Notes: generated by a model not told the origin, from the letters alone. Numbered from the whole stretch's first letter, positions 1-14,410 are shown. The stretch: DNA of 63,236 bases, filler included, from Octopus bimaculoides (GCF_001194135.2; 8 parts of 7 records of this genome joined end to end with filler, not necessarily neighbours in it); one strand, 5' to 3'. A program made the numbers and translations.

Positions 1-1
1 A

Positions 2-191
2 ACAAAAACACCAGGACTTACAAATATATATAACATACAGAAAATTGCACTACTGGGTACTGCACACATTCTACGCAAAACACTTTCAATACAGTAAACA
101 TAAGAGCACCACAGCAAACCACAGCACATACCCAAGGCGCACAGAGCTGCGCTCGGTAGTGAAGTGAAAGCACGTTATAAAAATAAAACTA

Positions 192-195
<4 letters not shown>
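2..195 (+). mobile_element. R4/Dong-type non-LTR retrotransposon 3' end (subfamily A), continuing off the left edge
   Basis: Frame 2 (2-97) reads TKTPGLTNIYNIQKIALLGTAHILRKTLSIQ*, the R4-type ORF C-terminus also seen at 3272 and 41599. A ~100-bp 3'UTR is followed by (TAA)n at about 195-226. Confidence 0.8.
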
Positions 196-227
<32 letters not shown>

Positions 228-548
228 CCTTTCTACTGAAGGCACAAGGCCTTGAAATTTTGGAGGTGGGGACTATTCGATTGCATTGACTCCATTATTT
301 CACTGGTACTTAATTTAGTGACCCCGAAAGAATGCAAGGCAATGTCGACCTCGGCAGATGAAATGCTGCTTACAATTTTTTATTCGGCATGCTGCCAGGA
401 AGCCATAATAAAACCTGTAAAAGTATTATACTTTTTTTTTTGGTGGGGGGAGGATGGTCATATTATTTTATTGCGAAATAAACACACGCACTATAAATTC
501 GTTCTTCAATTCAGATTTAGTATGTTTCTTATTTTATGTCTTTCGTCT

Positions 549-708
549 GGAAATCTATTGTCACACATCCTGTGACCTCTTCAGTGGTTCTATATCCCAA
601 GTGTCTACTCCTGTTCATTTTAACATCAATAGAATAAGATGAGACACATGAGACACATGAGACACAGAGTCGTTGAGGAGGTCACAGAATGTGTGACAAA
701 AGATTTCC
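549..708. repeat. MITE-like inverted repeat with 50-bp arms
   Basis: ggaaatctattgtcacacatcctgtgacctc versus gaggtcacagaatgtgtgacaaaagatttcc; internal (atgagacac)x3. Confidence 0.75.
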
Positions 709-2120
709 GTGTGTGTAATTAGCAAAATAAAAATTACCATCACAACAAGTGTTTCAACACACGGTTTCACATCAGGATTCTTGTAGCACAAATACATAAA
801 CGTAAAAGAATATTATATTATATGTATATAATAGTCTTTAGCAATCTTTTCTACTAAAGGCACAAGGCCAGCAAGTTCGGGGGAGGGGATAAGTCGATTA
901 CTCGACCCCCAGTACTCAAAAGGTACTTGTTTTATCGCCCTGAAAGTTAAAGTCGACCGCGGTGTAATTTGAACTTAGGACGTACAGAAGAACGAAATGC
1001 CGCTAAGCATTTTACCTGCCTATCTAGTATTATTTAATAATATAATATACATAGATCAATGGTAATTTGATATAAGGAGCAGGTCTGTTCATTTGTAAGT
1101 ATCAACCCTTATTTTTCTTAGAACTGATGTTCTCTCACGTACTTTTATTTTTTTTTAAATTCGATCATTTTACTATAAAATGGCTTCCCCACATATTCGA
1201 TCTCGGTGTTCGCTCGACCTGCTAGCTGTGGTAGCTACATAACTTTCAATTTACAGTCACTTTTTCCCCTTTTCTATAAACGGAGAACATATTTAATATT
1301 GTAGACTGAGAAGTTAAAAATGACTGTGATAAGACGTTTGTTTCCGATCGACAAGGTTCAGGGCTCAGACTCACTACGTGGCATCTCGGGTAAGTGTCTT
1401 CTGCTATAGCCTCTAGCTGACCAAGGTATCTTAGTGGATTTGGATAACGGAAACTGAAAGACGCTTGTAGTATATGTATATATATATATATATCATCCAA
1501 CCTCTTTTTTTTTACAGTCATATCGCCATGTTGGACCGTTGAACTCTGCACACCTTTTCTCTCTCCGTTGTTTTCATTCTCCCTCCATGTTTACCCTCTT
1601 AATCCTTTCTGTCGAAGAGCGTAGGCTCGAAAAGTAAAAAGACTTTTCCATTTTTCTCGGGCCTTAAACTACACCTGTCTTCGTCTTTTGTTTTCTGTAA
1701 GTTTGAACTATATATATNNNNNNNNNNNNNNNNNNNNNNNNNNNNNNNNNNNNNNNNNNNNNNNNNNNNNNNNNNNNNNNNNNNNNNNNNNNNNNNNNNN
1801 NNNNNNNNNNNNNNNNNNNNNNNNNNNNNNNNNNNNNNNNNNNNNNNNNNNNNNNNNNNNNNNNNNNNNNNNNNNNNNNNNNNNNNNNNNNNNNNNNNNN
1901 NNNNNNNNNNNNNNNNNNNNNNNNNNNNNNNNNNNNNNNNNNNNNNNNNNNNNNNNNNNNNNNNNNNNNNNNNNNNNNNNNNNNNNNNNNNNNNNNNNNN
2001 NNNNNNNNNNNNNNNNNNNNNNNNNNNNNNNNNNNNNNNNNNNNNNNNNNNNNNNNNNNNNNNNNNNNNNNNNNNNNNNNNNNNNNNNNNNNNNNNNNNN
2101 NNNNNNNNNNNNNNNNNNNN

Positions 2121-2170
<50 letters not shown>

Positions 2171-2933
2171 ATATGTATATATGTTTGTATGTATATACAA
2201 ATATATCTGCGTGTCTTTGTGTTTGTCTCCCAACACCGCTTGACAATCGGATTTGGTATGTTAACGTTCCCGTGAAATGGCAGTTCACTAAAAGATAACG
2301 TGAGAATATGTACCACGTTTTACAATATAAGCTCTGGGGTCGATTGATTCGACTGAAAATTATTGAAGGCGATACCCCAGCATGACCGCAGTGTAATGAG
2401 CGATTCAAATGAAAAATAGAAGACAAAAGACAACATAATCTTCTTTTGAAAACGGGAAAGATATTCTTAGAAGACATGATGGCCACAGTCGTGCAACTTC
2501 GAACATAAGTTGACTCGAAAAAAAATGTCGAGTATGAATCAAACAAAAGCAACACCACCAGTGACATATGCAGACACTTGCACATATGCGCAGAAACATA
2601 TTGCCTGTCACAAGCAGAAAGAATAACAACTTGATAAAAGTTAACGAGTGATCTTGTAGGTGTTTGCGTAACGAACAATGGCAGTGTTTATTGCATGTAT
2701 GGAAACACCTACACATTTTCGCAACAGCAGTTACTCCATACTTGTGTTTACCTATAAAACTCCTGCTCAGTTGGCATATTCGGTTGTGTTTTTTATTCAT
2801 ATTTGCTATTATTATTGATTTACATCGCATTCGGTCTCATTCCTGGTAGAATTTATGTGGGTGTTTCTACAAAATTTCAGTAATCTTTAAAGGGCTTACG
2901 ACCCTCCTGGTGAACTTTACTGACCCTATTATT

Positions 2934-3040
2934 AGTCAGAAGTCTTATTTTTATCATGTGCTTTCACTGCACTACCAAGTGCAGCTCTGTGCGCCTTGAG
3001 TATGAGCTGTGGTTTGTATTGGAGCTGTTATTTTCACTGT
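2934..3040 (-). mobile_element. 3'UTR-only copy of Dong subfamily A
   Basis: Reverse complement aligns by eye (about 80%) to 90-195, sharing caaggcgcacagagctgc and gtgaaagcac. TAA repeats flank both sides. Confidence 0.75.
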
Positions 3041-3075
3041 ATTATTATTATTATTATTGTTATTATTATTATTAT

Positions 3076-4036
3076 CATTTTATGTTTGACTTTTGTTTTG
3101 CATTTGTACAAGTTGGATCCAAGTCTCACCCAGAGACCTCAAGAGACAACAAGTTAGAAGTTCGTGTAGGTGTTATGCCTAGGGTACCATATATTTGGAT
3201 TTGTACAGTTTTGTTCAAGTGAATGTTTAAGAAACCATAATAAAATTATGTGTTTGCTTTAAAATTTGAGATCACATAGACAGTATTTTACGTAGGATAT
3301 GGGCAGTTCCCATGAGCACTATCTTTTGACCTTCAGCCATTTTGGGGTTTCCTGGTATCTGAGCTAGGTAGTAATCAGCCCGTTTCGCTGTCATTCCCAG
3401 GGCACCTATGACAATAGGTATTGNNNNNNNNNNNNNNNNNNNNNNNNNNNNNNNNNNNNNNNNNNNNNNNNNNNNNNNNNNNNNNNNNNNNNNNNNNNNN
3501 NNNNNNNNNNNNNNNNNNNNNNNNNNNNNNNNNNNNNNNNNNNNNNNNNNNNNNNNNNNNNNNNNNNNNNNNNNNNNNNNNNNNNNNNNNNNNNNNNNNN
3601 NNNNNNNNNNNNNNNNNNNNNNNNNNNNNNNNNNNNNNNNNNNNNNNNNNNNNNNNNNNNNNNNNNNNNNNNNNNNNNNNNNNNNNNNNNNNNNNNNNNN
3701 NNNNNNNNNNNNNNNNNNNNNNNNNNNNNNNNNNNNNNNNNNNNNAGGCGCAAGCAGACTGCACATGGAGACAACATGATCGATGGTCTCATTTTGTTGT
3801 TGGCATATACGACATAATGGGGAGCTGCCGTTCTTTAATATGTTGGCCTGGTAGTTCTTTGTAGGTAGGCATTGATGTTGGGCTGCTATGATAAACCCCT
3901 CTGTTTCTGATTTCAAGCCAGAGGCCATTAACCATTGGTGGGTAAGGGCTTTGTCAATATCTGCATTATTCGCACTCTTTGGGTATTTGCCATTGAGAGG
4001 TTTTCCATGCCATTTTTCAGTCATAATATCTAAGGC
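3076..4036 (-). mobile_element. 5'-truncated R4/Dong retrotransposon (subfamily B), gap in the middle
   Basis: Reads WHGKPLNGKY...LKSETEGFIIAAQHQCLPTKNY, then CCHC knuckle CRICQQQNETIDHVVSMC, then IPIVIGALG...QKIVLMGTAHILRKILSM* (stop 3272-3274). About 196-bp 3'UTR; (TTA)n on both flanks. Confidence 0.88.
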
Positions 4037-4063
4037 AATTATTATTATTATTATTATTATGAA

Positions 4064-4512
4064 TGCGGGGAGCTGGCGTAATCGTTAGCACGCTGGGTCA
4101 AAATACTTAGTGGTATTCTGGCTGTCGCTATGTCCTGAGTTAAAAATCCGCCGAGGTCGACTATGCCTTTCATCCTTTCGAAGTCGATGAATTAATTACC
4201 AGTTGAACACTGGGGTCGATGTAATCGATTTATCCCCTTCCCCGAAATAGCTGCCCTTGTAGCAAAATTTGAAACCATCATTATTATTACTAAGTCGGCG
4301 AGCTGGTAGAATCGTTAGCACGCCTGAAAAAAGGTTTAGCGGCACTTCGTCCGTCCTTACGTTCTGAGTTCAAGTTCCGCCGAGGTTGACTTTGCTTTTC
4401 ATCCTTTTCTGGGTTAGATAAATTAAGTACCAGTGAAACACTTAGGTTGATGTAATCGACTAGACTCCCTCCCCCAAAATTTCAGGCCTTGTGCCTATAG
4501 TAGAAAGGATCG

Positions 4513-4543
<31 letters not shown>

Positions 4544-4547
4544 CATT

Positions 4548-4582
<35 letters not shown>

Positions 4583-4780
4583 GTGTTGGCAGAATCGTTA
4601 GCACACCTGACTGAATGCTTAGCGACATATTTTCCCTCTCTACATTCTGAGTTCAAATTTCGACGAGGTCACCCTTGCCTTTCATCCTTACGAGACTGAT
4701 ATAATAGTAAAGCAAGTTCGATGCAATCGATTTAATTCATTCCCTTAAAATGTCCGACCTCGTGCCTATGGTAAAAGGAT
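4064..4780 (+). mobile_element. Three head-to-tail copies of SINE family 1 separated by (TTA)n
   Basis: Head ggcggcgagctggcagaatcgttagc, B box gagttcaaatt, core gactttgcctttcatcctttcggggtcgataaa. Copies at about 4064-4276, 4292-4509 and 4585-4780. Confidence 0.88.
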
Positions 4781-6924
4781 CTTTATTAATACATTGGCAA
4801 TGCCACTAACACGCCTGTTTTTCTAAATTCAATATTTACTAACTTTTACTAGCCTTTCCTTCTCAATATACACAAAAATATTCACCGTCAATCTCAAGAT
4901 GTGTCACAATAATAGAGGCACAACAACGTATATGGTGCCACTGATTACTTAGATTGAATCACAGAGTAGACAGTGAAACAATAATATTGTTGCTGAGAGA
5001 TTCTCAATTCCAATTCATCGGTGAATCCTTGTTGAAAATAAATTGCAATAACAGACGAACGGCGCTTAAGTTCACGACAATTGTTTCGCTAGAAATTTCT
5101 TTACTGTTGTCACTGAAGACATAGTTGCCTAAGTTTATGTGATGCCTGATGATGGTGGCATTCTATATATTCAGTCACAGCCGTAGCAGTGTGGTAAAAA
5201 GCTTGCTTCCTAACCACACGGTTCTGGTTTCAGTCCCACTGCGTGGCACCATGGGCAGATAGCCTCGATTTGATCTAAGCCTCGTAAGTAAATCTTTTAG
5301 ACAGAAACTGAAATATATGTATATATATATATATACACACGCACANNNNNNNNNNNNNNNNNNNNNNNNNNNNNNNNNNNNNNNNNNNNNNNNNNNNNNN
5401 NNNNNNNNNNNNNNNNNNNNNNNNNNNNNNNNNNNNNNNNNNNNNNNNNNNNNNNNNNNNNNNNNNNNNNNNNNNNNNNNNNNNNNNNNNNNNNNNNNNN
5501 NNNNNNNNNNNNNNNNNNNNNNNNNNNNNNNNNNNNNNNNNNNNNNNNNNNNNNNNNNNNNNNNNNNNNNNNNNNNNNNNNNNNNNNNNNNNNNNNNNNN
5601 NNNNNNNNNNNNNNNNNNNNNNNNNNNNNNNNNNNNNNNNNNNNNNNNNNNNNNNNNNNNNNNNNNNNNNNNNNNNNNNNNNNNNNNNNNNNNNNNNNNN
5701 NNNNNNNNNNNNNNNNNNNNNNNNNNNNNNNNNNNNNNNNNNNNNNNNNNNNNNNNNNNNNNNNNNNNNNNNNNNNNNNNNNNNNNNNNNNNNNNNNNNN
5801 NNNNNNNNNNNNNNNNNNNNNNNNNNNNNNNNNNNNNNNNNNNNNNNNNNNNNNNNNNNNNNNNNNNNNNNNNNNNNNNNNNNNNNNNNNNNNNNNNNNN
5901 NNNNNNNNNNNNNNNNNNNNNNNNNNNNNNNNNNNNNNNNNNNNNNNNNNNNNNNNNNNNNNNNNNNNNNNNNNNNATGTGTGTGTGTGTACGTATGTAT
6001 GTATGTATATATATATGTGTGTGTGTATGTGTATGCAGGTATGTATGTACATATATATATATGTGTGTGTATGTATATATGTAGATATATATATGTGTGT
6101 GTGTGTATGAATGTACATATAAGTGTGTATGTGTACACGTATGTATATCCATATATGTGTGTGTGTATGTATGTATGTACATATATATGTGTGTGTTTGT
6201 GCGTGTGTATGTACATATATATATATATATATATATGTGTATGTGTGTGTGTGTGTGCGTGTGCACGTATGTATGTTTGTACATATATATACGTGTGTGT
6301 GTGTGTGTTTGTGCGTATGTATGATGTATGTATGGGCGTATCTGTGTGCGGGCGTGTGTGTGTGTACAGTAAATGATACCAGTGTACGGTGTACAATATA
6401 AATGATATCTGTTTCTTTCTGCATGGAGAACATTTTTGCTGATTTTATTAACGAAACAGCGAACTATAAACATACACATACATATAGATTTGCATATACA
6501 TGCAGATGCATATAAACATTTTCATAAACGGATAGATGGAATAAATAAAAACCCTAATAAAAATATTCTAGCTTTCTTTTTATTATTTCCTGGTGCAGTC
6601 GTGCATCTCTTCGTTCATTTCTGGAGATTAACTAGCAAAATGTCCATATTGAATCTTCTCAATAAAATATATATATTTTAGGAGAATATTGTAAATGCTT
6701 ATTATATTGTTACACCTTACATGTCCGTTTATTCCTTTTGCTGCTTTTCGTTTTTGAGTCTAAATGTAGTTAGACACATTACATGTTGTGAAACGATAAA
6801 TTGTAATTACGACAGAGTACAGTGACTAATCACAGTATCCTTTATTATTTAATTACTATCTTTATCTTGTTAACGCTTGGCAATAACATCTTCTATATAT
6901 TTCTGAAGGATATTATAAAAGTGG

Positions 6925-6984
<60 letters not shown>

Positions 6985-7113
6985 AGAAAATGTCTACGAA
7001 TATTTAAAATTTATAATATATATATACTATATACAATAACGTCAATGAATATATGTGTGTATATGCACACGCACACGCGCATACATACCTGTATATACAT
7101 ACACATACATATG

Positions 7114-7169
<56 letters not shown>

Positions 7170-7270
7170 CATACACATATATATATATACACGTATACGC
7201 ATACATACATACACACACACACACATATATATATATACGTAATATACATTAGCATAATTCAACATATATC

Positions 7271-7313
<43 letters not shown>

Positions 7314-7395
7314 GTATACGTATACATATATATATATATAAAGTAAAAACTATTTACCAGCTTAATGCAGCAGCCTTGGGTCTGAGGAATATTAC

Positions 7396-7607
7396 TGTTG
7401 TTTAGCCTCAGGAAAGGTCGTTTCCAGCTGACTATACGGCACATCTCAGCACAGAATAGCTGAGAAAGAGCAACAACCCAGAAACCAGTCCACAGATGTT
7501 GCTTTATTTGGGATGTGAGTGCTGAGCTCTACTGTTCGAAAATATAAGGACACAGATATTGTGTCGTGTAGCCAGCTGGAAATGACGTCTCCTGAGGCTA
7601 AACAACA
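7396..7607. repeat. MITE-like inverted repeat with 48-bp arms
   Basis: tgttgtttagcctcaggaaaggtcgtttccagctg versus cagctggaaatgacgtctcctgaggctaaacaaca. Confidence 0.78.
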
Positions 7608-8728
7608 TTAACATCAGTCCCAGCCAAGANNNNNNNNNNNNNNNNNNNNNNNNNNNNNNNNNNNNNNNNNNNNNNNNNNNNNNNNNNNNNNNNNNNNNNN
7701 NNNNNNNNNNNNNNNNNNNNNNNNNNNNNTGTGTGTGTGTGTGTGTGTCTGTGACCAAACAGTGTGCATGTGCATGGTGTATGCATGTGGGTTAAAGTTA
7801 TAGTTGTCTAAGTATGTTGCGTGTGTTAATGTGTGTTGCGTATATGTGTATATAGCCTGTGTTCAAATATTATGTGCCTCTCTAGGTATCAGTTTATATA
7901 TTGCTTGTGTTCAGGTATTATGTACTTGTGAGGGTGTAGAAGTACGCATGATAGGCATGATGGTGTGTGGTGTGTGTACTGAGTTAAACAATGTGTGTGG
8001 CTGCTCATATAGTGATACATGTGGTGATGCTATTGAAGATTATGTGTGAGGGTGTGAATGATGGTGTGCGGTGTGGGTGCTGGGAAGTGGTCATTACTAG
8101 TGTGTGTGTGGCGTGGTGTGGGGTGGTATCAAATGAAGAGAGGAGGCGAGTTGAGCCCATGTGGTGCAAAAGAGCGCAGAGAGAATATTATTACCAGTTC
8201 ACGACGAAGGCGAGAGGGCGGATGGTCCCTGGGCAAAGACAGTACGAACACAAACATGGTGTAGCGAATGATCGGCAGAGCAGAAATATANNNNNNNNNN
8301 NNNNNNNNNNNNNNNNNNNNNNNNNNNNNNNNNNNNNNNNNNNNNNNNNNNNNNNNNNNNNNNNNNNNNNNNNNNNNNNNNNNNNNNNNNNNNNNNNNNN
8401 NNNNNNNNNNNNNNNNNNNNNNNNNNNNNNNNNNNNNNNNNNNNNNNNNNNNNNNNNNNNNNNNNNNNNNNNNNNNNNNNNNNNNNNNNNNNNNNNNNNN
8501 NNNNNNNNNNNNNNNNNNNNNNNNNNNNNNNNNNNNNNNNNNNNNNNNNNNNNNNNNNNNNNNNNNNNNNNNNNNNNNNNNNNNNNNNNNNNNNNNNNNN
8601 NNNNNNNNNNNNNNNNNNNNNNNNNNNNNNNNNNNNNNNNNNNNNNNNNNNNNNNNNNNNNNNNNNNNNNNNNNNNNNNNNNNNNNNNNNNNNNNNNNNN
8701 NNNNNNNNNNNNNNNNNNNNNNNNNNNN

Positions 8729-8766
<38 letters not shown>

Positions 8767-10840
8767 TGTGCGTGTGCGTGTGCGTGTGTGTGTATTTGAT
8801 ATCAGGCATGATAGTGTGTGGTATGTGTGTTTACAAATATACAAAGCGTACTTCCTTTCTGTTTCATATTTTACTAATAAGCAGTAATAAGCATATTTCT
8901 GTCAACAGGTGATTGAAATTTTAATTAGCCATTGGCTACCGTAAATTGTATCGCACTACTGTCGCTATCGTACTGATAACACGATACGATCACCTCATTT
9001 ATATTTAAGTTAATATATAAGGACGGAGGAACATAGAATATAGTTGGACATGCAAGATATCATAGTAGAAATCTTAATTAATCAATTAGCACCTGCCTAT
9101 CGAAATTACTTTTCAAGCCAACAAAGGAATATCTAACGGCAGATAGATAGATGAACCTGTTAGAAATTTTAGCAGAAATTTCAATTATTATTCACAGTAT
9201 GGAGCTTCAAAGGCATATTATGTTACATATACAGAGATGGAGAGAGGGACAGAGAGAGAGAAAGAAAAGGGCAAGGGAGAGAGGGAGGAAGAGAAGGAGA
9301 AAGAAACAGAGAAAGAGATAGAGGGGGAAGAGAGAGAGATAATAATATACAGAAAAGAGGTTTGGATATTTGATACCATAACAGTTCTCTGTATATAATA
9401 ATAATAATTATTATTATTATTGAGCGAGAGAGCAGTGCATGCCATCAAAGTGATATTGAGGTAAAATATACGAAACCCAATATCAAGAATTTTTAGGTAG
9501 AATTTTTTTCAGTTTGATTAGTCCATCCCGTTCAAAAGGTCCTTGAATGAGGGTTGTTTAAGGATGTTGAATTAACTTTATTGTTATTTTGTTTTATTGT
9601 AATGGTTATGGATGACGAGAAAAAGATTTATATTACACTATTACTGTTGTATTTTAATGTGGCTCCAATGTTAATAACGTGATACTCATCTCTATAAATG
9701 ATCAGATACGTATATATATATATACATATAACTATATATATATATATATGTATATATATGTTTGTATATATATGTATGTGTATATATATATATATATATA
9801 TACATATAACTATATATATATATATGTATATATATGTTTGTATATATATGTATGTGTATATNNNNNNNNNNNNNNNNNNNNNNNNNNNNNNNNNNNNNNN
9901 NNNNNTTAATTAATTAANNNNNNNNNNNNNNNNNNNNNNNNNNNNNNNNNNNNNNNNNNNNGATCGAGGAACATAAAAGCTAAAAAATATACACACACAC
10001 GCACACATACACATGCATACATATATATATATATATATAATATATAGTTTTAGGGAAAATAACCAATTATCAAGAACTCATCGATGAAAATCCACTATCA
10101 CATATAGGCATAGCTGTGTGGTAAGAAGCTTGCTTCCCAACCACATGGTTCTGGGTTCAGTCCCACTGTGTAGCACCTTCTACTGTAGCCTCAGGCTGAC
10201 CAAAGCCTTGTGAGTGGATTTGGTAGGCAGAAACTGAAAGAATCCTGTTGTATGTATGTATATGAGCACCATGCTGGTAGCACGTAAAAAGCACCATCCA
10301 AACATGGCTGATGCCAGTGCCGCTTTGACTGCTTCTGTGCTGGTGGCATGTAAAAAAGCACCATCCAATCGTGGTCGATGCTAGCTCCTCTGGCCCCTGA
10401 GCCGGTGGCATGTAAAAAGCACTCACTACACTCTCAGAGTGGTTGGCATTTGGAGGGGCATCCAGCTGTAGAAACACTGCCAAATCAGATTGGGGCCTGG
10501 TACTGCCTCCTGGCTTCCCAGACCCCAGTCGAACTGTCCAACCCATTCCAGCATGGAAAACGGACGTTAAACGATGATGATGATGATGATACACACACAC
10601 ACATATATGTATGTATATATTTGTGCATCTGTGTTTGTACCCCCACCATTGCTTGACAATCGATGTTGGTGTGTTTATGTCTCATTAACTTAGCGGTTTG
10701 GCAAAAGAAAACTGATAGAATAAGTACTAGGCTTGCAAAGAATAAATCCTGGGGTCGATTTGTTCGACTAAAGGTGGTGCTCCAGCATGGCCACAGTCAA
10801 ATGACTGAAACAAGTAAAAGAATAAAAGAGTAAAAGTATG

Positions 10841-10879
<39 letters not shown>

Positions 10880-11277
10880 ACATCCATATATCTTTGACAT
10901 GCAGGATATTGAGAAGACATCTTTGATGGAATGCCTTCAGTCATTTCTCATCTCTTTATATAGTTGCCATGTTTTCCTGCCATAGGAAAGAATAACAAGT
11001 ATATTAAACTGTTGACTGCAATTATACATACATACACATTATATATATTCTATTATATAAACATATGCAAGCACACACATGCATATCTGTCTATCTATCT
11101 ATCTATCTTGTGTGTGTGTGTGTGTATATATATATATAGAGAGAGAGAAAGAGAGAGAGACAGATAAATAAACAACTACATAGATAGATACATACATACA
11201 TGCATACATATGTATAAAATTACAACTACATATATAATACATACACAAAATGACGCACACACACATATATATGTATA

Positions 11278-11308
<31 letters not shown>

Positions 11309-11526
11309 NNNNNNNNNNNNNNNNNNNNNNNNNNNNNNNNNNNNNNNNNNNNNNNNNNNNNNNNNNNNNNNNNNNNNNNNNNNNNNNNNNNNNNNNNNNN
11401 NNNNNNNNNNNNNNNNNNNNNNNNNNNNNNNNNNNNNNNNNNNNNNNNNNNNTGTGTATATATATGTGTGTGTGTGTGTGTATACACACACACTCACACG
11501 CATATATATGCATGCATATATATAAT

Positions 11527-11566
<40 letters not shown>

Positions 11567-13082
11567 CTCTCTCTCTCTCACTCTCACACACGCATACAAC
11601 TTACTCTCATCTTCAGCTTATTCTAAAATGCTTGAGGTAATCTTTAAATAAACTGTTTTAAGTTTTGGATTTGTTTTGCTTTTGGAATCTATAGAAATAT
11701 TTCCATGTCAAATGTTGTTTCATATCCCTCTGCAAATGGCAGGTGAAGTATGTTCTAGGAACCATAAGATTTTGGTCATTCCAACGATAGGTCATCGTAG
11801 TTTTTCTTGTTTATTTGTCTGAATAAAATTTATAGAAATGCAATGTAGAGACTTTGTCTAAATATATCTGGTTAGTGAGAACTGGAAGAGAAAAACTGGG
11901 AAGCAAACCATGTTTATTAGTAAAACACAGCATGTCAATGCAGCTATTAATAAATGAGGCAATGTTAATTGCTAGAAATAGCAGTCAAATTTCTCACAGC
12001 TCACACTCAACCCTCTTTAAAAAAGGAAGAATATACTGAATACTGTCATGAGAAATAATTCAGGCTGAAAAGCTGAGATGGTCATGGATAGAATGCCTTT
12101 GATCACAGGTAAGCTTTATTAGAGTTTTTCTAGTGGTTAAACAATGATGTATCTATGTAAATGACAGAAGCTGGTTTCAAAGGAAATGTGTTCACAAAAT
12201 TCTAGTAATTTTCAACCATACTAACCAACCACCCACACAAGAGATTTGGATGTTATCATTTACATTCCACTTAAATACAGATAACCATAAGCTATACTAG
12301 AAAACAAACAAAAAACTCTTATATACCAAGAAAAATTCTAACCACCTGCTCATAGTTTTCAACAATTTAGCTAAAAATATTAGTTAAAAATATGTAACCT
12401 ATCCTCAAACAAATACATCATAAATATAGCTTCTCATACTATGACAAGGCATCAGAAGCAAGATGAAGTCCAATAATTCACTGCTATCCAGTAAAAGTAA
12501 AATTTCTTTGGTCTAATAAATTAATATTTCCAGAAAACCCATCATTACAGTGAATTATTTAATAGAAATAATTTGAAACTAAATTATAGTTGTTTAAGAA
12601 ATATGAAAAATGTAATTACCAAACTCAGCTATAAGATGGTTGTGTAGTTAGAAAGACGACTTTGCAAGTTTGTGGCTATGTCAAAATACAAGAAGGTATA
12701 ATTCAAATATCACAATTTCAGTCACAATTCTCTCAGGAGCATAAAGAATAGATATAACGCTAAATTATTCAGCTCTATTTGAAAATGAAAAGAAGGCAGA
12801 AATAAAATTGGCCTCCATTGGAAAATTCATCAGCTATGCAAATCGTACATGAATGTAACTAGAAACTACAGCAGATGTAATTCTGAGAAGAATTACATAG
12901 TAATGAATCTTAGCTATTATGATAACTTAAACATGAAAATCAAGAATTGTTGACAACTGAAGATACTTCAGGACATTCCTTTCAGGATTCTCAAAAGACA
13001 TAAAACTACCAACATCAGACTTACCAATGTACAATGCACCATGAATGCAAACATAAATGCACTCATGCAACACACACACGCA

Positions 13083-13687
13083 AGGGGAAATGAAATATTA
13101 TCTATACCTCTGTCAAAACTTGGTTTAAGTTGGTCATATTTTCTTCAGCTCTCGTCTGTTAAAATTGTGGTACCCTTATGGTTGTGCAATCGAAGTTTGA
13201 CCTTGATTGATCCAGTTTCCTTTCTCTCGTGTTACAGAGAAAGCATGGCTGCTCCACTGGCAGTGTGCACCAAGGAGAAACATAGACCAGTCATCTGATC
13301 TGAAGGTGTGTCAGGGGCTGAGATTCATTGTACACTTTCAGTATAATATGAGGACAGTTCTCTATCACACAGAAGTATATATGAATGGATTGAGAAGTTT
13401 AAAATACCTGGAATTACCAGTGAAAAAGAAATTCAAGATTCAACCTTTAGCAGAAAAAGTGATGCTAACCATTTTGGGGATGCAAAAGGGCTTGTACTCT
13501 CTTTACTCTCTCTTTTACTCTTTTACTTGTTTCAGTCATTTGACTGCAGCCATGCTGGAGCACCGAGAAAATCGACTTATTCTTTGTAAGCCTAGTACTT
13601 ATTCTATCAGTCTCTTTTGTTATGAGGACGTAAACACACCAGCATTGGTTGTCAAGCGATGGTGGGGGGACAAAAACAGACATACAA

Positions 13688-13750
<63 letters not shown>

Positions 13751-14410
13751 TACGATGGGCTTCTTTCAGTTTCCGTCTACCAAATCCACTCATAAGGCTT
13801 TGGTCGGCCCGAGGCTATAGTAGAAGACACTTGCCCAAGGTGCCACGCAGTGGGACTGAACCCGGAACCATGTGGTTGGTAAGCAAGCTACTTACCACAA
13901 CAGCCACTCCTGCATCTGATACGGGAACATTACTTGGAAAAGAGGTCTACAGTTTCTAGTGTAAGCTTCAATGAAATGTTGGCCAACAAATTGAAATCAG
14001 TTTACACCAAACACTATTGTCTGTTGTTAAATCGAATATTGTTGCATGACAACGCATACCCAGATACAACTGAACAGCATTGAAACCATTGAAAAATCAG
14101 GCTTTGAGGTGCTGAAACACCCTGCATAGAGTCCAGATCTTGCTCCTTCTGACTATCATTACTTTGGACTGCTTAAATGTCCTTTATGAGGTTGTTGATT
14201 TGCTTCAGATGAAAAAGTGCAGGGAACTGTGCATAAATGGCTGCAGGACTAGCTGCAAAAACCTTCTCTGATGGAATAAGAAAGCTTCTGGACCACTGGA
14301 AAAAGTGCATCAAAAGGCAAAGAGGCAATGTTGAAAAAGGATGTTGAACCCCTGCTTTTGTTTTAATAAATGATAGAAACAAGAGTATGGATAAGTTTTG
14401 ACTTACCCTC
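13083..14410 (+). mobile_element. Internally deleted mariner transposon relic interrupted by a SINE
   Basis: ATG 13245 MAAPLAVCTKEKHRPVI...GVSGAEIH...YEWIEKFK; KKFKIQPLAEKVMLT; LHDNA; HPA*SPDLAPSDYHYFG (SPDLAPSDY at 14130-14156); KLLDHWKKCI. 3' TIR ataagttttgacttaccctc at 14391-14410; degenerate 5' TIR near 13083-13102. Confidence 0.85.

Noticed and set aside
9862-9961. TTAATTAATTAA recurring inside N runs (9906, 25637, 34516, 48919, 52895, 56482, 60857)
   Set aside because: In the cases counted it is 44 N + 12-mer + 44 N = 100 bp, and the 12-mer has stops in all six frames. This is an artificial gap linker, not biology. Distances across these gaps are unreliable.
10265-10440. CRISPR-like repeat-spacer appearance
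   Set aside because: Eukaryotic context, degenerate repeats, related spacers, no cas genes, and it lies within a dispersed retroposon 3' end.
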